Assembly: GCA_029865985.1 (NCBI GenBank)
Contig: JARXAF010000151.1
Location: 36 to 64,035 of the forward strand
Direction of reading: 5' to 3'
Length of the DNA: 64,000 nucleotides
Source: Verrucomicrobiota bacterium
GTDB taxonomy: Bacteria > Verrucomicrobiota > Verrucomicrobiia > Limisphaerales > UBA9464
The notes below the pieces were generated by a model. That model ran no database searches and was not told where the DNA came from. It was given only the letters and a program-made list of their open reading frames with translations. Position 1 is the first letter of the stretch. Each line of letters opens with the position of its first letter. The position numbers and the translations under genes are program-made. Shown piece after piece: positions 1-7,726 of this stretch.

Positions 1-697
1 CCAGTCTACTCCAAGAGCATTTTTGTGGCAGCCGATTGCTCAGCTGCCGGGCTCTTCACTCATCGTGCATTTCAATTTTCAATGAACCGCTCTCAGTGAG
101 AGCTTATTTCCAGCCCAAGTTTCATTTTCGCTTCAAATGTGAACTTCAGGCTTAATCAACATTTGGTTGATCAATCTGCTGTTTACACTAGTAATTTTCT
201 CACCTTTCGATGAAAAACCACCCTTTCAGGCGACGAAAAATGTGGTTGAAGATTTTTTCAGCTTCAACCTGATTTGCTGATGAACTCAGCGACCTTTTGA
301 ATCGCGTTGTTCGTAAGAACGAGAACAGTTAAGCCCATGCCCTTCAGACTGACAATACCTTTTTGGAAAAAAGTTTAAAATCGCCTCAGGAGAGGTCCGT
401 GAATCACCCCGGGTAATCCCCTTGTTTGTTGAGTTTTTCCTAAGGATTGACGCTGTTTTATAGAGGGGCGTTCGTGTGACCAAAAAATTAGAATTGGGAT
501 GCTTTGCTTTCGCCTGATCATCCAAAGCTTCGCTCTAGAGGACCGTAGAAATCGTGAGGGACCTCCGATTCGGATCCGTGATTGAACCGGTTTACAGCAG
601 CAATCATTGGGTTTTGGCCTGTTTGAAGAAGCTCCAACAGCCGGTCATTCTACAGGCGCGATGAATACCGACTGCGCATGAGGGGTCCCTACCAGCC

Positions 698-1948
698 ATG
701 AAACCTCACCGCTGGCGCGAACTGCTTTTGATTTTTTGGGCCGTTTTGGGGTGGGATTATGCAACGGCCGAAGGTGTTTCAGAGTTGAAGCTTCCAGTTT
801 TGGATTTGCGCTCACTTCAAGAGATTCAATCGACGACGAAGGTTCCGTGCTTGGTTGGCTGGATGCCAACAAATGCGCTGGAAGGCGGGCTTGGACACAC
901 CAACACGGTGGGAACTTTGAAGGCGCAGGTGAAGTTTCATGGAGCGTCGTCCCAAGCGTACGAGAAGAAGTCGTTCGCCTTGAGTTTGGACGCGCCGACA
1001 CCTTGGTTGGGGCTGCATTCAGGGCGCCAGTGGGTTCTGAACGCCGCCTACATCGACTGCTCGATGATGAGGCACAAACTATCCTACGACCTGTTTCAAT
1101 CGCTGGCATCCCCTGGAAACAATCGGCCGGCATCGTCCTCTCGCTTTGTCGAGGTGATGCTGAACGGGCACTACCACGGAGCCTACTTGTTGATGGAGCG
1201 GGTGGACGGCTCGCTCTTGGGATTTGCCCCCAAGGGACGTCCCTCGAAGATTCCGAGCGTCATTTACAAGGCCATCGACCACGAGGCGAATTTCAGGCAG
1301 TCGGGGCACACGGGTTATGAACAACGGGAGCCGAATCCGGAAGAGCGGGAGCTTTGGACCCCTCTCGACGAGTTGAATCAGTTTGTTTCCGAATCAACCG
1401 ATAAGGATTTTTTCAATGAGAAGGTTGGCATCGACTCGCGTTTGGACACTGGCAATGCCATCGATTTCCACCTCTTGGTGCTGTTGACGAGCAACATGGA
1501 TGGCATCGATAAGAACTTTATCTTGGGTCGGGATGCCATCACGGAGGCGCATCCTCATCCGAAGTTTTTCTTTGTGCCGTGGGACTACGACGCAACTTTC
1601 GGCCGCAACTGGGAAGGTTCGCCAGTCGAGCCAACGTTTTGGCTTTCAAACAATCTCTTCGACCGGCTTCTCAGCAACCCGGGCTACCGGCAGAAGTACG
1701 CAGCCCGATGGAACTCCCTTCGGAAGCGGCAGTTTTCGGTCGAGAACCTGCATCGAATGATCGACGAAAATGTCCGCGTTTTCGGACCTGCCGCTCAGCG
1801 CAACGAAAAGCGATGGAGTCCAATTCGCGGAAGCAACTCAGGGTCACTGGCCTTCACTGAGGATGTCGCTCAGATGAAGGAATGGGTGGTCGCTCGGACG
1901 CGATGGCTCGACGCAGCGATTGAGCGTGAGACCCGAACACAGCCATAA
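698..1948 (+). CDS. CotH kinase-family protein, probably secreted
   Basis: 416-aa ORF with ATG at 698 and a hydrophobic N-terminus (LLLIFWAVLGW). CotH-like core strings FVEVMLNGHYHGAYLLMERVD and FFFVPWDYDATFGRNW. Family recognised from memory. Confidence 0.75.
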   Translation: MKPHRWRELLLIFWAVLGWDYATAEGVSELKLPVLDLRSLQEIQSTTKVPCLVGWMPTNALEGGLGHTNTVGTLKAQVKFHGASSQAYEKKSFALSLDAPTPWLGLHSGRQWVLNAAYIDCSMMRHKLSYDLFQSLASPGNNRPASSSRFVEVMLNGHYHGAYLLMERVDGSLLGFAPKGRPSKIPSVIYKAIDHEANFRQSGHTGYEQREPNPEERELWTPLDELNQFVSESTDKDFFNEKVGIDSRLDTGNAIDFHLLVLLTSNMDGIDKNFILGRDAITEAHPHPKFFFVPWDYDATFGRNWEGSPVEPTFWLSNNLFDRLLSNPGYRQKYAARWNSLRKRQFSVENLHRMIDENVRVFGPAAQRNEKRWSPIRGSNSGSLAFTEDVAQMKEWVVARTRWLDAAIERETRTQP

Positions 1949-2064
1949 GCGCAGCGTTGGTTGGAGTCTCCAGTCATCCAGGCTCATGCGTTGGCCGGTG
2001 AGGGTTGAGGACTGGCTTTCGCGAATCCGGTTGCTTTCGGCGTCACCCCATCAACGCTGAATTC

Positions 2065-3759
2065 ATGTCGCGCCTTTTCTGGGGATGCTTCCGGCTGCTC
2101 ATCGCGTTGACCTTCATGGCCGGTGACGAACGGATCTTTGCCGCCGCTTCGTCCAAAACCAATTCGTCCAAAACCATCAAGGTTTTCCTGCTGGCGGGAC
2201 AGTCGAACATGGAGGGTGCTGATGCGCACGCCAACCGCATCGACGATTACCCCGTTTTCAAGGGCGCGGGTGCGCCTCAATCCGATGTTCTGTTCGCTTC
2301 CCTGCCCACGGAGGACTCGAGGGTACCGGCTCTCTGGAGAACGCTGGCACCCGGCGAATCCTTCGGTTCGGAAATCACCTTTGCCCGGAAGCTAAAACGG
2401 TCTGGGGCAGCTCCTCTCGCCATCATCAAGTCGGCCATTGGCGGAACGACGGTGGCTTTCGATTGGAATCCGGCAGCACCCACCAACGGACAAAAACTCT
2501 ACCCCAGAACGCTCAAACTCGTTCGGGAAACTCTGCAGGAGCTGGATCGTCGTGGTGTGCGTTACCAACTGGAGGGAGTCCTGTGGCATCAGGGCGAAAA
2601 CGACATGCTCGACCCGAAGTTAAACCGACAATATGCGCGGGGACTCACAGATCTCATCGCTCGGCTGCGTCAGGACCTTCAGTCGCCCCATCTGAGATGG
2701 TTCATCGCAGAGGTCAGCGAGAAGGGAATTTGGGGCATGGATCATCGGCGCAATTTGGCCATTCTTCGGCAACAGCAGGATGCCGTGCTGAAGGCAGACC
2801 CGCTGCTGCGTTGGGTGCCCACTTCCCACCTTGCCTTTGACGTCATGGACAGTGGGCAACCTCACTACCACTTCGGGACCCAAGGCCAACTGCAGTTGGG
2901 CGAAGCGTTTGCCGACGCCTATCTTGCTACCGTCGGGATTCCGGTTGCTTCCGAGACAGACCGGGTCAAATCCAACCCGCCAGTACTGAGAAAGAAAAGT
3001 CGCGTTCGACTCTTCGTACTGGCTGGCCAGCGCAACATGGAAGGAGAAGACGCCTTCGTCGCACAAATCCCACAGACCCCTGGATTTGAGAATCTGACCC
3101 AGCCCCAAAAGGAGATTTTGTTCCGGTACTCGTTGGGTGGAGGGACTCAATCTTCACAGAACTGGGAAGCGCTGGGTCCGGTGGATCGTCTCGGCAACTT
3201 CGGCCCGGAACTCAGCTTCGGAGCATACCTTCGGCGAACACTCCACACCGAGGACACCATTGCGGTCGTCAAATTTACCCACAGCGGTGCGCAAGGGCCG
3301 GACTGGTCGCCCGATGGCTCACCCGAGGCCCACCGCAACCTCTACCCCAAATTCTCCACCTTCGTTCGTGAAGCCTTGGAGGATTTAGCCCGACGCGGCC
3401 ACGAGTGCACCTTGGAAGGAGTCTTCTGGCACACCGGGGAGAACGACACCTACTTCACCCCCTACCGACAAAACTACGCCGTCTGGATGCAGCGGTGCAT
3501 TTCTCAGGTTCGTCGGGATTTCAAGCCCCCCAACCTACCGTGGTTCATCTCTGAGCAGCATCCCGCAGCCATCTGGAAGAACTCGGATGAAATCAACGGA
3601 GCGCTTCGCGCCATGGCCCAGTCCGAAACCGGGGTCATCATGGTCACCACATCGCAACTCCCCCACCAACGCACGCATTTCGGCACGAAGGGCACACTCC
3701 TGCTTGGAGAGGAATTCGCCAAAGCCTATTGGAAGCAGCTTCGCGCAGATAGACCGTGA
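2065..3759 (+). CDS. tandem-domain SASA/DUF303-type carbohydrate O-acetylesterase
   Basis: ORF 2005..3759, with a likely start at ATG 2065 (MSRLFWGCFRLLIALTFMAG, signal-like). Two homologous halves open with VFLLAGQSNMEG (Ser codon 2203-2205) and LFVLAGQRNMEG (Arg codon 3031-3033). Each half ends with a His block (PHYHFGTQG / RTHFGTKG). Confidence 0.75.
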   Translation: MSRLFWGCFRLLIALTFMAGDERIFAAASSKTNSSKTIKVFLLAGQSNMEGADAHANRIDDYPVFKGAGAPQSDVLFASLPTEDSRVPALWRTLAPGESFGSEITFARKLKRSGAAPLAIIKSAIGGTTVAFDWNPAAPTNGQKLYPRTLKLVRETLQELDRRGVRYQLEGVLWHQGENDMLDPKLNRQYARGLTDLIARLRQDLQSPHLRWFIAEVSEKGIWGMDHRRNLAILRQQQDAVLKADPLLRWVPTSHLAFDVMDSGQPHYHFGTQGQLQLGEAFADAYLATVGIPVASETDRVKSNPPVLRKKSRVRLFVLAGQRNMEGEDAFVAQIPQTPGFENLTQPQKEILFRYSLGGGTQSSQNWEALGPVDRLGNFGPELSFGAYLRRTLHTEDTIAVVKFTHSGAQGPDWSPDGSPEAHRNLYPKFSTFVREALEDLARRGHECTLEGVFWHTGENDTYFTPYRQNYAVWMQRCISQVRRDFKPPNLPWFISEQHPAAIWKNSDEINGALRAMAQSETGVIMVTTSQLPHQRTHFGTKGTLLLGEEFAKAYWKQLRADRP

Positions 3760-3976
3760 TACAGGTCATCCAGCACGCCGCTGGTTGCGTTGGGTGGACG
3801 AATCCGACGAATGGGCCAAGGCGGTGAACTTCTGGTCGTATGTCTCGGGTTGAAAAAAATCGCAGCGCAACACGGACGGGTTGAAGGCGGAAGTCGCTGC
3901 CAAATCTGGGACAGGCACCTTCTTTAGAGTGAAATCCAAGAGCGCAAAAATTAACTGAGCCCTTGATTTCAAAGAG

Positions 3977-3997
3977 TGGAGCCGACTGTCGGGATTG
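3977..3997. repeat. island-distal att-type direct repeat (21-bp copy of the tRNA-Thr 3' end)
   Basis: TGGAGCCGACTGTCGGGATTG at 3977-3997 is identical to 16709-16729, which is the 3' end (including CCA) of the minus-strand tRNA-Thr. Confidence 0.85.
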
Positions 3998-4165
3998 CAC
4001 TATTCAAGCCCTCGGACAGACTCTTTTTAGCCGTTATTGCGGGGTTTTCAACCAATCACTCTCACTTTCCACTCGCCTCTTTCGCACTCTTTAGTGGCAA
4101 AAAGCGTGGCAACCATTTCTCAGACACCCAAACCGGCAAGAGACCTCTCAAGCAACCAGCAACAC

Positions 4166-4199
4166 AGAAAACCCCACCTCAGCCGAAGCTGAAGTGGGG
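4166..4199 (-). terminator. hairpin plus T-tract downstream of the Xis-like gene
   Basis: CCCCACCTCAGC (4172-4183) pairs with GCTGAAGTGGGG (4188-4199) with one mismatch and a 4-nt loop. On the minus strand the hairpin is followed by TTTT (complement of 4167-4170). Confidence 0.45.
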
Positions 4200-4266
4200 C
4201 ATTTAGTCTCTCTGCCAGTTTCCGGTAAACCTCCGAATGAATCGGCGTCAATTCAAGCGACCCAAC

Positions 4267-4632
4267 CTAGGCGTTTTTCTTCGACTTGGCCTTACACCGA
4301 TTTCGCAGATAGATCGCCTCTGTCGCCATCGACAGGCGTTCAACGTTGCCGCCCAAAGCAGCCACGTCCACCAAGGCGAAATACTTCACTGAGTTGTGCG
4401 ACGGACTACCAAGCGGCGACAATAGTTTCTCCCTAACCAAGATCGACATGTCGTCCTCATGGAAACCAAGGATTTCAGCCGCGTCAGTCGCAGAAAGACG
4501 GGCAGGTGGATGGGCGCGGTTCAAAAACCGGTCATGCTGCTTGGCGATGATTTCAACCTGTTGAGCTGCTGCAACACCGCCGAGATGACTTGGGGCTGGG
4601 TGACCAACCACCGTGTTACTGAAAACGCTCAT
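4267..4632 (-). CDS. small HTH DNA-binding protein, AlpA/Xis-like (candidate excisionase or regulator)
   Basis: ORF 4267..4671. The internal ATG at 4632 lies 2 nt after the stop of the upstream radical-SAM gene. HTH-like string LSATDAAEILGFHEDDMSILVREKLLSPLG. Sits next to the distal att repeat. Confidence 0.5.
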   Translation of the reverse strand: MSVFSNTVVGHPAPSHLGGVAAAQQVEIIAKQHDRFLNRAHPPARLSATDAAEILGFHEDDMSILVREKLLSPLGSPSHNSVKYFALVDVAALGGNVERLSMATEAIYLRNRCKAKSKKNA

Positions 4633-4634
4633 GT

Positions 4635-5807
4635 TTAGGCTACCATCCTTTCCTCGTTGGCGCAGGGCCATGCGCTAATCCGTCCCCAGCACCGATCCAA
4701 CCAAGCAGAGTGCTCTGCTCCTCGCTCTCGCCGCTGTTTTTGAGTCCCCAACGACTCATCCGGCCATGGGTGGAAACGGTCCGCGAGACCGAGCAGGTTC
4801 GCTACCTTCTCAGCGGCTCGTAACTGCCCTATCGCATACTCCACCCGACGTTCAGTGTTTTCAAAAACATCACCCCGAAAAGGCAAACCAATCGCCTCTG
4901 CCTCTTTCCGCATGCGGTCGATATTGCCACCTCTTAGGTTGATCGGCTCATGGAAGATGGTGACGGGATTCAAACGACCGACCTCACCAAGAACCGCCGC
5001 TAACTCCGCCTCACCCTGCTCTGGATAAGTCGGGGCCACTGCCGCGTAGACCGGAATCCCCTTCGCAGCTGCCAGCCGCAAAGTTTCCAACCTTCTCGAC
5101 GGGGCCGGAGCTTTCGGCTCGTACAGTCGCGCCAAACGATCATCAAGGGTCGGGATGCTCATCCCAAACAACAGGCGGTTCCCAAACGTTCGGTACAAAT
5201 CAAAGTCCTCCCGCGCTAGCGGACTTCGCGTCAAGATTCGCACGTTCAAGGTCGAGTGATCGCGGATCAGCTCAAGCATCCTTCGAACCATCACCCTAGC
5301 CTGAGAATTTAAGGCTGAGGTCTGAACCGGATTCTCACCCCTCAACGTCTGGTAGGCATCCGTCGTTGTGGACAACATCACTGCCCGATTCCCATCGGCA
5401 TTGAGTTCACCGATTGGCGTCTTCTCGGCGGCCCGAACCGAACTCAGGAATGCCCTCTCATCCCAGACCCGCAGGAAAGCGTACTGCCCCCACTGCTCAT
5501 CTGGGTCATCGACCCCAAGCCCCACCAGCTGCCCCTTGAGCTTGTTGACCGAGACACTGGGCACGTAGCAAAACCTACAGGCATGCTGACACCCCACGAA
5601 CGGATTAATTGACCAACAGCTTAAAGATTTATACTTAAAGCCGTTGCGGTTTATTGTGACTGGATGGTTCCAGATGTTTATTATTTTTTCATTTTTCACA
5701 CTTTTAAGCACTGTTTCACCTGCTGGTTCCTTTCTTGTTTTAGGGTTGCGTTTCTGGTCGGACGAAGCTGTATCTGCCTCGCCTTGGACTTGATTATTAA
5801 TAATCAC
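4635..5807 (-). CDS. radical SAM protein (COG1533 / SplB-like 'DNA repair photolyase' type)
   Basis: 390 aa. CxxxCxxC cluster in INPFVGCQHACRFCYVP (about 5564-5593), the NP(Y/F)xGCxHxCxYC pattern I recall for this family. The Lys/Asn-rich N-terminal 60 aa is encoded in AT-rich DNA. Confidence 0.75.
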   Translation of the reverse strand: MIINNQVQGEADTASSDQKRNPKTRKEPAGETVLKSVKNEKIINIWNHPVTINRNGFKYKSLSCWSINPFVGCQHACRFCYVPSVSVNKLKGQLVGLGVDDPDEQWGQYAFLRVWDERAFLSSVRAAEKTPIGELNADGNRAVMLSTTTDAYQTLRGENPVQTSALNSQARVMVRRMLELIRDHSTLNVRILTRSPLAREDFDLYRTFGNRLLFGMSIPTLDDRLARLYEPKAPAPSRRLETLRLAAAKGIPVYAAVAPTYPEQGEAELAAVLGEVGRLNPVTIFHEPINLRGGNIDRMRKEAEAIGLPFRGDVFENTERRVEYAIGQLRAAEKVANLLGLADRFHPWPDESLGTQKQRRERGAEHSAWLDRCWGRISAWPCANEERMVA

Positions 5808-6130
5808 AAAGAATTAGTATTTAATTCGAGATAACCCCCAATGCAAAATGCACTAGGCACGCCGTGACAATGCGAGACCAAAACACTCGTGCAAGTTTTT
5901 TTTGCGGATAGCGCAACTTTTTATTTTCTATCACAAAAATATTTTAAGTGATATTGTTTTTATATGAGATTGAATTCAACCATTCCACCACAAGCCCACC
6001 AAACCGAATCCAGATTTGTTGCCACCAACATACACATACAAACAAAACACCCCAACTTGTTAGCTGGGGCGGTGGCGCTATATTAGAAAGCAAGTTTTCC
6101 TATTTTTACATATGCATAAACTGCTTTATA

Positions 6131-6439
6131 TTATTTAGAAATCAGGCTTTTGTATATAGAATAAGATTTATTATTATGAATTTCTATTTCCCCCGTTTGC
6201 TCGACGAGACCCTGCGCTAGGAACGGGGCTAAGACAGCTTTCTCGATCGTCTCATAAAAAACCGGGTCCACCATCCGCGCGACGAGATAGGGTTTGACCT
6301 GCGCGAAGCTAAAAGTGGCTTGATTTTTGCAGATTTCGAAGAGCGCTGCGCGGGCAACTTGTTTTGACTTGTATTTTGATAGAATTATTTCCATGTAAAT
6401 ATTTACACGCGAAAAATCAGGTGTGAAATTAATTGACAA
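6131..6439 (-). CDS. hypothetical small protein (divergent partner of the wHTH gene)
   Basis: 102-aa ORF in the AT-rich block with no recognisable motif. Its divergent arrangement with 6610..7155 across a palindrome suggests a regulatory pair. Confidence 0.35.
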   Translation of the reverse strand: MSINFTPDFSRVNIYMEIILSKYKSKQVARAALFEICKNQATFSFAQVKPYLVARMVDPVFYETIEKAVLAPFLAQGLVEQTGEIEIHNNKSYSIYKSLISK

Positions 6440-6519
6440 ACTAGCCCCCGTATTATTGAAAATCTTTTGCGCAATTTGTGGAGAATAGGCGGGGGGAGGG
6501 TCAAATTTATTTCTCCCAC

Positions 6520-6535
6520 GATTATAATTATAATC
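6520..6535. promoter_or_regulatory. perfect 16-bp palindrome GATTATAATTATAATC (candidate operator)
   Basis: The sequence equals its own reverse complement. It lies in the 170-bp divergent intergenic region between 6131..6439(-) and 6610..7155(+). Confidence 0.4.
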
Positions 6536-6609
6536 CTTTCTATCAGATTAAAAACATTATCCCAACATTTACTTGCATCATGCTATAACTCACGCATTTT
6601 TCAAGCCGC

Positions 6610-7155
6610 ATGAGCACAGAATCCAGACAAAACGGCGCAAAAATCAATGAAAATTCTAAACTAGAAGCGCGCTTTGGGGGCGATAATTTTATCCAAGTCC
6701 CCGCGCGGATTATTATTTTAATTAATTCGGGCGCAATCAAACCGCTGGATGTTGTGATTTATATGATTCTACTGAATTACATGAACAGTGAAAAGAAAAC
6801 AGCGTGGCCTAGTATTGCCACTCTGGGAGCGGTCGTTCGGAGAGGCGAAAAAGCTGTAAGCGCGAGCATTGCGCGGCTTATCAAAGCTAAATTAGTTATA
6901 AGATACGGCGAATTAAACTGGAGGACTGCATTTACAGTGCCATTATTAATTATTTCTAAAGGCAAGGTAATTGATCAAACATCAAAATTTATTGATAAGA
7001 TCAAAAAAGACCAAACTGAAATCAATAAGATCGAAGAGATTAAGATTGAAATTAATAAAATAGAAGAGTTGAAAAACAACCAAAAAGCACCTTTTGCCCC
7101 GAATTACCTCCCAAAAGTGGGCGAAAATGGTGAAAATGATGAAATTCCTTTTTGA
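6610..7155 (+). CDS. winged-HTH protein of the phage/plasmid replication-initiator type (HTH_36-like)
   Basis: 181 aa. FIQVPARIIILINSGAIKPLDVVIYMILLNYMNSEKKTAWPSIATLGAVVRRGEKAVSASIARLIKAKLVI matches the 'FxxVPxxl...ls..k.vy..L...cfPS...La...g.s...v...i..L...glI' pattern. C-terminal coiled-coil repeats EINKIEEIK/EINKIEELK. Confidence 0.6.
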   Translation: MSTESRQNGAKINENSKLEARFGGDNFIQVPARIIILINSGAIKPLDVVIYMILLNYMNSEKKTAWPSIATLGAVVRRGEKAVSASIARLIKAKLVIRYGELNWRTAFTVPLLIISKGKVIDQTSKFIDKIKKDQTEINKIEEIKIEINKIEELKNNQKAPFAPNYLPKVGENGENDEIPF

Positions 7156-7355
7156 AGGGTACCCCCTTCGAAAATGACTGGAACCCCCTTCCTTTTCGAG
7201 GGTACTATCCTTCGTTTTTGACTGGCACCCCCCTCTTTATCGAGGGGCCACCCCTTCGAAAACGACATACAATCTATATTTAGTTATTTAGAATTAGTAT
7301 TCAGATTCAGTATTTAGAATAAGTATCTAAACCCAAAATAAAGAATTTAGAAAAT
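7154..7355. repeat. iteron-like repeat array followed by an AT-rich repeat tract (candidate replication origin)
   Basis: CCCCTTCGAAAAYGAC occurs at 7163-7178 and 7251-7266. CCTTCG(A/T)nTGACTGG occurs at 7165-7181 and 7209-7225. A small hairpin is CCCCTCtttatcGAGGGG. Then TATTTAG(AAT)-type units at about 7277, 7285, 7297, 7311, 7323 and 7343. The array starts immediately after the wHTH gene stop (7155). Confidence 0.5.
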
Positions 7356-7726
7356 CCTTGGCGCTAATCGCCGCCAAATGCTTTTCAGCCCTGCGGGCTA
7401 ATTTTGATTATTTTTAAAACTTCAGACTGAGTCTCCTGAGTGTTTTATACTCCCGCCGCTCGTTCTTAGCGTATAGGAGGGTAAAGAAATTAATTACGGG
7501 GGTTTATACTAAGGCTCTTGAGTCAGTGTTTTGGTTAAACTAGTCAAGTTTGTAATAATCTTACAACCTTTGACTTATAATTATGGCGAGTTAAGTACTG
7601 GCGCGCCGCGAAATATTCAAGAGCACATCTTTGATCTTCGGTTAAAACGTTTAAATTATGCGCGCCGAATTTTTCGGCTACAAATTTTTGATAAAATGCC
7701 TCCCCTCGGAATAGGATGTTTCCGAG

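Noticed and set aside
5948-6220. 90-aa ORF in the AT-rich block (GTG start)
   Set aside because: The translation is low-complexity, it overlaps the 3' end of 6131..6439 on the other strand, and it has no start-context or motif support.
7154-7355. CRISPR array
   Set aside because: The repeat units are short (about 16 nt), irregularly spaced and partly overlapping. There are no uniform spacers and no cas genes nearby. They are better explained as iterons.
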